From the NCBI RefSeq assembly GCF_009834535.1, contig NC_045707.1:56546001-56610000 (forward strand): a DNA stretch of 64,000 nucleotides, in the 5' to 3' direction. This document shows, one piece after another, positions 1-12,709 of this stretch (positions are counted from its first letter, which is position 1; each line of letters opens with the position of its first letter). The notes beneath the pieces were generated by a model. The model saw nothing but the letters and a program-made list of their open reading frames with translations. It had not been told where the DNA came from and did no database searches. Made by a program: the position numbers and the translations under genes. This DNA is from Camelus ferus. Lineage: Eukaryota.

Positions 1-429
1 AGAGGCAAAAACAGTTATTGTTTAGTATTTTTTGAAACTTTGTATAAATTTCTTTAGTAAAGGGATTATCTAGCTTTCTTCCAACATTGTACACTAGAAA
101 ATTATGGGATTTGGAATAAAACACAGCTAGTTTCCTATCTGCATTCAACCATATATGGTATTTGTGACTTAACTATTATAAGCCTATCACCTCACCTATT
201 AAATAGACCTAACACTATGCCTAACACATATTAGGTACTCAATAGATGCTATATCCATTTTCTCTCATTATTCTTAGGGTTAGCTCTACATTGAGAAATA
301 TAGATACAGTGTCCCAGATAGGCCTGACTAAATTTCTCCTATCTAAGGAATCTCTATACAGAATCTAATTCTGTTAGAATTATAGACTGAGTAGTTACTA
401 AAAGTAACTATGTGGATAGCAATATCTTG

Positions 430-1240
430 ATATTTTGTTCTCTAGCTGAGGACACAACCAAGTCTTCACTACACCTTTCTACCATGTTATGGGTGATAAG
501 ATCAGTAAATCCCATGAACATTAGCCCTTTCTTTGGCTATGTCTTTTGCCATTTATCTGATACTTAAAAGAGGTGTTGAGTGGGACAAAATGTTGATGTA
601 TTAGTAAGTCCACAGATGGTGGTTTTGATAGAAGTATGATGAGTAAGGAAAGTAAATTCAAAAGCAGAATGAGTGTCTATTTCCATGAGAATTTTTTATT
701 GCCTTCTTCATGATGGAAGAGAACCAATGTAGTCAATCTGCCACCATCTAGCTAGCTAATTTTATTGAAGCATGATAGCATGCTGAAATTTTAGAGTTGG
801 TCACCACTTCCAGAAAACTGGGTGACAGTGGTGGAAGACAGATCAGTCTTCATGAAGACAGCCCATGCATGATTTATGTCCATGCCACCGAGGTCACCCA
901 CCTTGTTAAAAGCCCAATGAGGAAGCTCTAGGTTGCTGGGAAGGAAGGTACTAACATCTGGAGTAGGTGCATATGTGCATCAGATTATTAATTCTCTGTT
1001 GAAGTGTTTTGTTGAGTCTTTCCCAATGTTCTTAGTCACAAATCTTTAACCTTGTTTCTTACAAGTCTCTGATCATTAGCCACAGCCCAGTAATAATTGG
1101 TACATCTCCTTCCCTCAGGCCATTTATCTTTGCAGGCAAGGTGGCCAATGAGATATATGGCTAATATTCTGCCTGCTGAAAGGATTTCCTTTAGTCCTTG
1201 ACCTTCAGAGTCTTTCAGAATGTGGCTAAAATAGTTCACT
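430..1240 (-). mobile_element. ERVL-type internal (pol-region) relic
   Basis: Degenerate similarity to the ERVL-like segments at ~30.5 and ~39.3 kb; no intact ORF. Confidence 0.55.
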
Positions 1241-1949
1241 TTTGGATCTGTTTCTGGGATTTAGACTCTTCCATCTATTTGTCTATGTCAAGTGGTTTTG
1301 ATTATATTTACTTTATGGCAAAGTTTAATAACTAATAGTGTATACTTTCAGGATTTTTCTTTAAGAAATGACTGCTAATTCTTGTGTATTTCTTCTTTTA
1401 TGTGGTCTTTTATATAAATTTAGGAAAACTGGATAGACATTCTATTGTTTAACTCATCAATTACTCAGGGCTCATTTTAAGACTTTCAATAAAATTGAGC
1501 ATATATTTTGCCTAGTTTTAAATGCCCTCTATAACAGGACCTCACTCAGACTTTTCAACTTTGCCTCAATGATCAGTCAGGCTCTTCCTTACTCACACAG
1601 CTATTTAAATTAATAAGAGCAACAGAATATTATGAACTTACTGTCTGTTTGTTACCAAGAAGTTAGCAGAGTTGGTCAAAATATGCTCCCTTTCTTCTAG
1701 AAATTTGCAATGTAGTGGAATAAACTTGCTATTCACAAACAACAATGGCACAAGCTAGTCTGCAATAAATGTTCAATAATAAAGACATGAATGAATTAGA
1801 AATCCAGCTTACCCATCCTGTCTCTATCACTTCCTCAATGTTTACCCATCTTCTAAGCCCAGATCAAATCATTTTCTACATGAAGTCTTCTCTCATGACC
1901 GTATGTCGTAGTGATCTCATTCATTTCATTACATTTCATAATATTAACT

Positions 1950-2190
1950 ATACGACTAACATTAAATGCATTTCTACTTTGTGCCAGATATTGTCAAAAG
2001 TGCTTTAAGACAAGTTATTCTCCAAATTTTACATAGAAGGATATATTATTATCATTCTCATTTTATTGATGAGGGGACAGAGGCTCAAAGAATTTTCTTC
2101 CTCCAAAGTCATTCAATTAATAACTGGCAGAATTAAAATTTGATCCTAGATTTGTTCGGCTTCAAGGTTCAGATTTTTTCCAACCCATTT
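1950..2190 (-). mobile_element. MIR SINE
   Basis: Core ctcattttattgatgaggggacagaggctca. Similar MIR cores at about 4370-4570, 16590-16830, 22000-22190, 28910-29100, 37340-37530 and 63920-64000. Confidence 0.7.
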
Positions 2191-2522
2191 CCTCTTCACT
2201 CAGTTATACACCACAGTAGTTTTTTAGATCTCCCTGCCCCTGCCCCATTGAGTCATGTATACTATTTTATTTCCTTAATGCCCATTTGATACTAAAATTC
2301 TAACATATTGGCTGCACTTATGCAGCATCATAAACAATTATATTACATATCTCACAAATTTCGTAGTCCATTTTTTTCCTTAAAAGAAAATTTCTTCTTT
2401 CACCCTGTAAAAGGCTGAAAAATATGAATTTTTCAGTACATATCTTTCTATTTTATCACTAGGCCATGGTATAAAATAGTGAGTTTAGGATTCATAAATA
2501 TTCTAGTTTAAAATGTAATAAG

Positions 2523-2678
2523 GGAGAGAGGGTATAGCTATTGGTAGAGTGCATGCTTAGTATGCATGAGGGCCTGGGTTCAATCCCCAGTACCTCCATT
2601 AAAACAAACAAACAAACAAACAAACAAACAAACAAACAAACCTACCTAATTACTTCCTGCCTTCCCTGCCAAAATAAA
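2523..2678 (+). mobile_element. tRNA-derived SINE of camelid vic-1 type
   Basis: A box (tagctattggtagag), B box (gggttcaatccc), (AAAC)n linker, C-rich and A-rich tail, imperfect TSD aatgtaat(a/c)ag. Confidence 0.85.
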
Positions 2679-2744
2679 ATAATGTAATCAGAATCACACT
2701 TTGATTGGTATACATGACACTTAATCCTGTTTAAACTATCCATT

Positions 2745-3350
2745 TCCTTCAACATTTACTTATTCAGTGTCTATTTGTTAACTGCCCATTTTGCTGTCTT
2801 TCTGCCAGACTGGGGATAGGGTGGTAGATAAGTGAGGGTAAGATGGGGGTGCACAGGCAGGAAACACATTCCTGTTTTCAGTATTCCTGGAGAATGTGAC
2901 ACCTAAACTGAGATCTGATGAATGAGGATTAGCTAGACAAAGCAGAGGAAGAGCATTTTAAAATGGAAAAAGTACATGTAGAAGCTCAGAGGTTTAGGAG
3001 AGTATGGAAATTACTGAAACAGAACGTATGTGCTGGTACCGAGTGGGACTTGGGGGTGTATGGTAGGAAATGGGGAGAGAAAAGACCTGAGTTGCATGGA
3101 GTAGAATTGGTTACACAGCTTTTGAAAAGTCTGGACTCTGTCTTGAAGTCAGTGAGCAACGTCTAGGAGACTTCAAAGAGGAGTGTGACGCTCAGAACTG
3201 TGTAATACTAGCTGCACTTTGGAGGATGCACTGGGTTGGAGGAGATGATAAGATTTAAAGCAGAGAGCTCAATTAAGTGGACGAATTAGAAAGATACTGA
3301 AGGGGGAACTGGCAGGGCTTTGAGACCGAATGAATATAGAGATTCAGAAG
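2745..3350 (-). mobile_element. L2 LINE fragment
   Basis: cattt...caacatttacttattcagtgtctat end followed by a purine-rich body. Other L2 pieces at about 27400-27940, 29220-29820, 36460-36750 and 62130-62850. Confidence 0.6.
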
Positions 3351-5894
3351 TATGGCAGACTAAAAACAGTAGACGAGCCACATGCAAACTGAAGCTACAA
3401 TTTTTTGAAGAAAATATTAAGGCATAATAATTCCAAAGATGATTATAATTATGGGTGTTATTTCCTGATAAGTTACATAGTGGAAATGAAGTATTTTATA
3501 AACAGTATTTAAAAATAATTTCTAGGCAATATATCATATGTTAAAATGGCCTTCAGATAAAGGTTGTTTGAGGTTTTTGAAATGCCATAATTTTCTCCGT
3601 TTCTGGTTTTATTTACAAACAGTATTTACTTAGCCAAAGAGCCTCAGGAAAACAGTGATTCTCCATTATACACAGTGGGGTTGGATAGTTCAAAGCTAAT
3701 TAACTGCTTATATTAACATTTACCTGGTAATGTAGAATGTGATGTGATATTTTTAAATACATGTATTTAATTTGCTATTACATGTTCTTGCTGCTATGAG
3801 ACATTAAACTACCCAGAAATCTCTTTTTCTTTGTTTCCTCATTGCTACCAAATATTGACTCTTTCCAATTGTTGCATTAACATTTTCTTTTTTTGCCCCC
3901 CTGATTCTTCTGTTTTCCCTATAGGTGAAATATACAAGATGAAAATTAAACTAAAATTAAATATAGTCAAAACATGATTTCATCCAACCTCAACATATTC
4001 TCTAATGAATGGAAATCTCATTATACACTAATGTCCTAAGAATGAAAGTAAATGACATAGAAAAATTACCAATAAAGAATAGGGGAAGTGAATGAACTAA
4101 TTGCCATGAGAGGACAAATGATTACGAATATTTTTATGTTATCTAAATGCAGTGCATTCTTGTGGTACCAATATTCCTCAGTTATTTAATCCAAGCTATT
4201 ATCATTTGAAGTAATGCTTATTCCAGGGTACAACAGAAGGCAAGCACCAATGGTATAGTAACACTAATTAGAAGTTTTTCATCATATTGGTGGGTTAATT
4301 TGTTTTTCATGTTTTATTTATATTCAACCTACATTTGAAAGTATTTGGATAAATCTCATTTTATAAAACAGTTTCATATTCTTTACCTTTATCAATCCTC
4401 CCAATAATTCTGTTAGAAAATCATTTTTATCCTCATTATATGTAAGAGAAAAACTGAGACTCGGTGAGGTTAAGTGACTTTACTGACAACACTAAGCTGG
4501 TAAATATCAGAGCTGGCACTCAAACTTAGGCGTTCTGACTCTAAATACTATTCTCTCCCCTGGATCATTATGCTTGAAAAAATGGTGAATTGTAGTGGCT
4601 CATTTTCAATTCCACTAACATCAATTGAATGCTAATTAAGTGCTGTATGTTAATTATGTGCTGCTCCCCTCAAGGTGCTGACACTAACAGCAGATCTTGT
4701 CTCAAATACAGATACCTTCAATACTTGGAATATGTCATTTCATTTACATTTTTTTGAGTTAATATATTCTTCAGTAAAGAATTTTTTCTTTTTATTGAAT
4801 TTACAAAAGTAAAAGAAATGCCATCCATTGTGAAAAACGTGAAGAATTAAATTACAATTCAGATTGTTTTCATTAGATATCACTGGTAGAATAGGAGGTG
4901 ACAGTCTATATTGGTAACTCAGTTATCACAGGAACTAGTGGAATCTTTCAAGTGTTACGTTTAAAGTTAATTCTCTTCAAACAAAGAGGATTTTTCTTTT
5001 TGAGTGGTTTGAGTGATGAACTTCAAGTAGCTTTTTACAAATAAGGAAAAACAAATACATATTTCTAACAGGCTTCCATACAGTTTGGGGAGCACCTTAT
5101 TTAACTAGAGACAGGACTTACTCTTGTATTTCAAAAGCAGTCTTAAAAGAAGGAATGTTAGAACTACTTTTCCTTTTATTGCAGATCCACAATAAATCTA
5201 AATTTCTTCCATTAAAAAAATTTCCCCCATTACATAAGGTTGAGTCTTAGATGAGTTTAATGTTTTCAATTACAAATATTGATTTATTAAGGATTTTCTA
5301 AGAATGAAATGATTGCCACTAGAGCAAGCAATGCTCTCAGTTTGCAGCCAGCTGATTATTAGGTTAATAGACCACAAGCAGAAATTCTCATAGGTAAATG
5401 GTCAAATACAAATTACAATGTTCTAAATAAAATTATCTTGGGGAAATGTGAACATTTTAATATGCTTGAAATTTCTATTCACAGCATTTTTTTTTTTCAG
5501 TTTACTTCCTTTTATTGCCAGAGAGAGAGAGAGAAAATGCTTGTTGATCTTTGGAAACTTGGTTCTTCGTTAGTGCCTCTTGCTGGAACTGGAGATTCTG
5601 CTGGAATCGATTTAAAGCTTAAAGGATATTGAAGACATTTCTTTCTGTCTGAGCATGACGTCTCTGAAGCACATAAAGAAGCTTCAAGAGACTACCACAC
5701 AAATTCCAAATTATTGAACTAAGGCAGGGCACTCCAATTTTATATCCTGAGTAGATTCTCTATACTTATTAAGGAATTTTTCAAGAATGTCATCTTGGAA
5801 CGTACCATTGAATTTGCTCTACCTTTAAATATTTACAAATGCCCTGTATTAGGCTGATGGAAGATTTGAAAGCATTAGCAAGTAGGGAAAGAGT

Positions 5895-6610
5895 GATCTT
5901 GTGCTGCTGATGGCAGCTGAGGAGACTGCCTGGGCTTGGTCACTAAGGGGGCTATGTTTGAGGAAATTTTGAGAGTATTACCAGGACAGATTTGTTTGCC
6001 AGACACTCAGCAAGCCAAATACTGAGATGCTGAGGTTTGCAGCAGAGAAGGCAGCCACGTGAGGAGATGAAGAACAAGTACCAGATCTGCTTCCCCAAAG
6101 GAGAGGGGCTCACAGTATTTATGAGCTTAAGAAGCAGTGTGGTCTGGGGCATGGGGAGTCTGGGGCAAGAGGACTGGAGAAATGAAAAAGGTAACCTAAT
6201 TGGTCTGCATAGTCTCAGCTAAGCTACTGGCTTCTTCATGGGATGCGTGTTTAGAAAAAGGAGGTGTTGGCATGTTTTGAGGGTGGAGTTTTGCCTCTCT
6301 GATGTCAAAAGGTCACCGATCAGACACTCATGCATGCCTAGTTGGGAGAGATGGTCTCAACCAGTCTTAACTTTAACTGGCTCAAGCTTGAACTGGGCAC
6401 AGCCAACTCCAATTTCCTGAAAAACAACTTGGGCAAACATCTTCCACTGTTTAGGCTATATAACACTTGGAGGATACGCAAGTTTTTGTAAAACCAGTTA
6501 AAGCAAGCTTGATCAGTGAAGGCAGGTTACAGTTTTTATTTATTATGGAAGTTGTAGTTTAATGGATCTAACAGATGACTACCTTGGTTACAACAGATTA
6601 ATCTTAATCA
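5895..6610. mobile_element. Probable old LTR element
   Basis: GC-elevated block with LTR-like composition; family not identified. Confidence 0.35.
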
Positions 6611-8606
6611 TCTTTATTACTTTTGTTAAGAAATCTGCAAAAATCGAGTGAGTATTGATCCAAGGTTAATAGTGCAATTTTGTTATCAATACTACACAAT
6701 TGGACAGGATTTAGAGGCTTCAGAAGCCCCTGGCCTCTTGAAGATACTTCAGAAAAATGGCCAAAAAGTCTTTTCTGTCATTCATTAGTGATCGAGTACC
6801 TGAATAAATATGAGGAAAACTAAAGATTTATGTAGATCAACAAAATTTTTAGTGGAGAGATGTTTTTAAGCATTCATGAACGATATATTTTTAAAAAGTT
6901 TATGTTCTACTTCTTCTTGACTTTTAAGAACAAAAGCTTACTGTTACCTTTGCATTTTGATATAAATAACAGGAAGTTGTAATACTTACTATTGGACCTG
7001 AAAATAAATTGTCAATATGTATTATCTTTATCCTTGTGTTAGGTAAAAGAATATCATTTGTATTGATTACTCTTTTGCTCTATAACAATAGTTTTCCAGT
7101 GGAACAGTTTTATCATCAATTATTTAAAGCTACAAAGGCATTAACTACATTAAAAAAGATATACTTTTCAAAAGAACAAAATTTATAAGATTATGAAAAG
7201 TTTTAGCATGCCTAAAATTGATTTTAAATGGTTTATCATGGGAAATGTATGGGTTTTAGGATTAGAAACTTCTGTTTTGAACTATATATCCCTTCGCCTA
7301 AGAACTGTGTTAACTTTTTATGTGAGTGACCCCTTCCATATCATCTTCCCTCCACGTAACATTAGGTGAACAAATCCCAGGCAAGAGATGTCAGAGGGCC
7401 AGAGAGAGGTCAGAGTCAATTCCATTTTCTGAGGATTCTAAAATATTTTAAAATAAACAAAGAATCCGAAGTTTTATAAACAAAATTTTGTATCTTAAGT
7501 AGGATTACAGAAATTGTGGTATATCTTAAATATTTTTAAACAAATTACATTGAGGACCTTTCTCTCTGTATAACTATAGCTTCCTGAAGCATAAGCCAGC
7601 TGCAAGAAACTATATACAAGAAGTATGATTCTATTTATTACTTCATATGGAGGTACTATCAAAACTCTTAATTTTTAGATGCTTTGTTAATGTGAGTTCC
7701 TAGTTAAAGAGATGTGCTTGGTCCCTGCTGGCTATTCCATTGCCTCTGATGCCTAAATGATAGCAGAGTAGCTGTGAGAATGAGATACAATATTTGAAAA
7801 GTATCTAGCAAAAGCCTGTTGTATTTCTTCTCTTCTTTCTCTGCATCTGAGGAAAAGCAACTTTTGTAAATTTTGGATAAAATACCATTATGAGATCATG
7901 GAATTCAACATGGACAATCCCCTCTTCCCTATTTTCAGAGATTCAAGTTAATGCCTGAGTAAAAGAGAACACTACGGGTTTCTAATTGGTTTTGATAGTA
8001 ACTTACAAGTCAAGTACACACACACACACACACACAATACAGCCATCTCTCATGACTGGAATTTAGCCCATTCCTAAAAAACATGTTTAATATAAAAAAT
8101 TTTGTATAGCAGGAATTTTAGAGTTTACCATTTAAAATGATAATAATTTCTCAGCCCATCCAACCCCCCCCCCAATTTTGCCAAACATTATTAAAAACAA
8201 ATAACTTAAAAATACATAAAAATCTACTAAGCTTATGTATAACATCACACATTTAGGAGTCCAATTAAGCAATTATTTAATACTTAATAAACTCCTTTTG
8301 TAGGTATATTTGGGGGAAAAACTCAGTGATACTACCTAGTTTTAGGTACAAATTATATTGTTCTCTTTCACTGAAAGGGGTATGTAACATAATGTGATAT
8401 AAATAAACAATTAATGAAATAATATTTTAAAGATTCATGATGAAGACAAACATATTTAGTAAGATAAACATTTTAAAAGACTATTTCAAAATGATAGCTA
8501 CTTATCAACTGAAGGAAGGTAAGAGGGTGGAGATAGAGGTGGTAGTCACTGTTGCTGTTGAGGAATGAGCAAGAGTGAGCTAGTGAAGGAGCCAGTGAAA
8601 CAATTA

Positions 8607-9605
8607 ATATTTTTTAGATTCTATGTATGAGTGAAATCATATGGTATTTGTTTTTCTCTGTCTGACTTATTTCGCTTAGCATAAACCTTCAAGTTCCATC
8701 CATGTTGTTGTAAATGGCAAGATTTTCATTCTTTTTTATGGCTAAGTAATATTCCACTGCATATATATACACACATACATATATATACATACATATGTAC
8801 ACACATATACATATTCACTTTCTTTACCCATTCCTCTACCAATGGGCACTTAATTTCCTTCCATATCTTGGCTATTGCAAATAATGCTGCAGTGAACACA
8901 AGGGTACATATATCTTTTCAAATTAGCATTTTCATTTTCCTCAGGTAAATTCCCAGAAAAGGAATTGCTGGATCACATGGTAGCTCTCGTTTTAGTTTTT
9001 TGAGGAAATTTCACACTGTTTTCCATAGTGGTTGCACACCCATTTACATTCTCACCAACAGTATGCAAGGGCTCCCTTTCCTCCATATCCTCACCAACAC
9101 TTACTTCTTGTGTTTTTGATAATAGCCATTCTGACAGGTAAAGTGGTATCTTACTGTAGTTTTGATTTGCATGTCTCTGATGATTAGTGATGTTGAACAT
9201 CTTTTCATGTGCCTGTTGGCCATCTGTATGTCTTTTTTGGAAAAATGCCTATTCAGGTCTTCTGCCCAGTGAACAAGCAAAACAAAACAGAAACAGACTC
9301 ATAGATGTAGAGAACAAGCTGGTAGTTGCCAGAGAGGAGAAGGGTGTGTGGACAGATAAAATAGGTGAAGAGGATTAAGAGGTATGAACTTCCAGCTATA
9401 AAATAGGTAAGTCACAGGGATATAATGTACACATTGGGAATATAGTCGGTAATATAGTATCAACTTTGTACATTGACAGATGGTAACTGGACTTACTGTG
9501 GTGATTATCTTACAATGTATAAGAATATCAAATCACTATGTTGTACATCTTAAGGGAATATAATTTTATATGTCAAATATAACTTAAGTGGAAAAAAAAA
9601 GAAGA
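8607..9605. mobile_element. LINE-1 3' end with 5' inversion (8607-9266 minus, 9267-9605 plus)
   Basis: Inverted ORF2 end joined to the sense 3'UTR and A-tail. Confidence 0.9.
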
Positions 9606-10834
9606 ATAAACAGTAAATGCCCAAGTTTCATCTGTGATTAAACTCAAAGATCTGATGGATAGTCTTTGCTTCCTGGGTCTCCATCATCTGAAGCCATAAA
9701 CACAGCAATGTGAAGAAAAAAATGGTTTTCTGAGATCCTTTTTTTTGTTGATACAAGTCTTGATAAACTGAGACTATACTTGTAGTTGTGTTTTTGAAAA
9801 TAAGCTTTTAGCTTATGTTACAGTCATTCTCATTGCAATTTAAATGACTTTGTCTTTATATTTTTTACTTTAAGAATTTGATGCAAAGTATTCCTAGATC
9901 TTCTTTAGATCGACAGTGAAAATTAAGTTGATTTAGTACCTCAATAACAAGCATAAAAATGTGCTTTGCAGTGTAATCACTTTCTCAAAGGTTTACTGTA
10001 AGTCAATGGAAAAATATTTTCCTGCCTCACTATCCACAGCAGCCACTTCACCTAGGATCCTCTAATTTTACAGATTTGTACGTATCTTAGGGTATTTTAT
10101 CCATCCAGTTTTTCTTTTGAAACCCAACTCCTTCACTAAATCAATTCCCTCCTCTATTTTCTTCTTCCTCAGATTTTTGAGGATGTTCAGCATATTCTGC
10201 TGTCTGAATATGATGCTTGAAGGCATTCCATGCTAATTGTGGCAATTAACACACTGCACACAATGTTCCCTAGTTATTGCAATAAGATTCTATTGTACTC
10301 TGGTACCATGGTAAAACTTTCTAGAATATATTTCCATCATTTTTGTTAATTTTCCTACAAGAAGTTTCCAACTTTCATATGCTTTCCTCTATTTATAAGG
10401 TTTATAACTTTCAACTTTAACTTTCAAATATAAATTTTTTTCTAACTCATGAGTTTTTCTAGGGCTCTTAATTCAACTATTTCATTTAAAACTTTTTATC
10501 CATTTTAAAGACTTTTTTTAACTTAATAATGTAGGGGAGATTATAGCCAAAATACAAATACATTTAAATGACAGAAGTACAAAACATGATTCTATTGGAA
10601 GAAAAGCTGAGACATGATGACAAGTTAATATTACATTTTCTTCTCAGACTCATAGGAAATTTGTATTTTGGTTAATACATATATATATATGTTCATTATA
10701 AAGCTTTCTGATTTGGATACAGAAAATTAAATTCACATGGATGCACTCCACTGAAGCATACATTCGGATAGAGAAACTTTGGCTAGAAAGAATGTGACCA
10801 ACTGGATTTTTGTTTCAGCCTTTCACTCTCCCTC

Positions 10835-11400
10835 CAGTAATAGAATTCTACATCTATATGATTTACCATGCAACTTTGTAGTGTTCTCCCACTGTGAGAA
10901 GACTGTCCTTCCCCATTTCTTAACTAGATTCAGCAAGTGACTTTCTGTGGCCAGATATTAGCAGGTATCATGCAAACAGAGGCATGAAAAATATGTGTTA
11001 TTGTGCCTCCTCTCCACTGTCATGGGAAGAACAGGCCAGATCAGCACTTTGGTCCCAGAAGGAGGAGGACAAATACATGGAGCAGAGCCAACCAAGTCGG
11101 CTTGAGCCAGATCAGCCAACCCCAACCTTTCCAGTGAATGAGCTAATTTGAGACCAGCAGAGACACTCAGTGAAGCCTACACTAGAACAGGCAAACTAGC
11201 CAACTCACAACTTGCAAGCTAAAAAAAAAATATTGTATGCTGCTGAGATTTAGTTTTTGTTTTTATCATGGGAAGGGGGAGCTTCAGCCTGCCAGGGGAA
11301 GGTCCCGGCCAGGCCAACCCAGCCCTTGCCTGGCCCCTTTAGCCAGCCCCTTCTTTTTAAAAAAAATGCAGAATCATTGCGACCATAGCTAACTGATACA
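10835..11400 (+). mobile_element. MaLR (MLT1-type) LTR with an internal GC-rich insertion
   Basis: Typical MLT1 end gctgagattt...catagctaactgataca. Confidence 0.65.
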
Positions 11401-11692
11401 GAGGGATACTTACATAATAACTGAAACATAAGTTTAACATAACAACTTGTTTTGTATGCTAGCTTAACTTTATTAAATACCATGCAATATGATTTTTCTA
11501 TAATTATACTGTTTTCATTTCCCCTCTTTTTTGGTTTCTATTTCATTATTTAGAAGTGATGTCTGTAATCAACTAGAATATATTACATGAACACTAAAGG
11601 ATCTCTATTCAAAATATCTTCATCATTTTGTTGTTTCAGTTCTCCTGAACTCCTTCCACATTCCTCATGACATCTCATGTTCTGTCCTTAAA

Positions 11693-12272
11693 CGTGACAA
11701 ACTCAGTTTGGAGATCCTCTTCCTGTCAAGCTAACTAACACAAGATTGGCAAGGCCAAGCCCAAGACCTGACTGATTCAGCTGGTAAAGATACAATGAGC
11801 CACTTATAGATTTAGACAGTTTATTACTTACATAGACAATGGAAAGATGATTAAACCAAAGGTGCCAGTTCCCTGTGATTCTTGTTCCACACACCAAAAA
11901 GAATAATATTGCAACAAAAGGGGCTGGATGATGACAATGTGGTCAGTTGGACACACCAATGCTAAGGAACCAAATACAGACTGTAGCTATGTAGGTTTAT
12001 ATTCTGACACTATTCTGAGCGTGATGGGGTAGAAAGGCCCATATTTCATGAAAACTCAGAGACCATGAAAAACTGTTCTGTAGACAGCCTCCTAGGGGAA
12101 AAAAAAGGTAAGTAGGAAATGGCCTCATAGCAGCTCCTTTTTAGCATCCCATCCTCTTGTATTGCAAGAGAATCTTAAAGCATACTGCCTAGACTAGGAT
12201 AATGATTCAAACCTCTGCCTGTTTGGATATGTGCAAGATAACCAGGACACCATGGTGGAGTTATTCTCCTAC
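11693..12272. mobile_element. Probable old solo LTR
   Basis: TG...CA bounded, GC above background, tttatt signal near the left end; family not identified. Confidence 0.4.
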
Positions 12273-12709
12273 AGCTAACACCTTATCCGATTTTGTTACA
12301 GCAAATGCTCAAAGTTCACAGATTTTACAGAAGTGTGACATGCCTCCAGGAGTCTATACAAAAATAGTAATGGCCTGCTTTACTTGCTATCACAAATGGA
12401 TACACAATAAATACATTAACATCTTTCTTATAAGTGCACTTAATAACTGATTCTTGCCTCTGACCTAATAATTTTTCTCTCCCCAGTGATTAGTACTATG
12501 CAGATACTGGTGATTAAAGGGTTACTCAAAACTTTTTTGAAAGGAAGAGTAATTTTCTGCTTCAAGTCTGAGTTAAATATGGACTTAGATTGCACAGTGC
12601 CACGAAGTTTCTTGTGTAACACCACTAATTTTCATCCAGAGGCAATTGTTCAAAGATGTTAACAATTAATCATTTCATTTGATATTATTATATTATTACT
12701 ATGCTGTAG

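Noticed and set aside
2525..2597. tRNA gene
   Set aside because: Has a tail and TSD and an imperfect cloverleaf, so it is a SINE head
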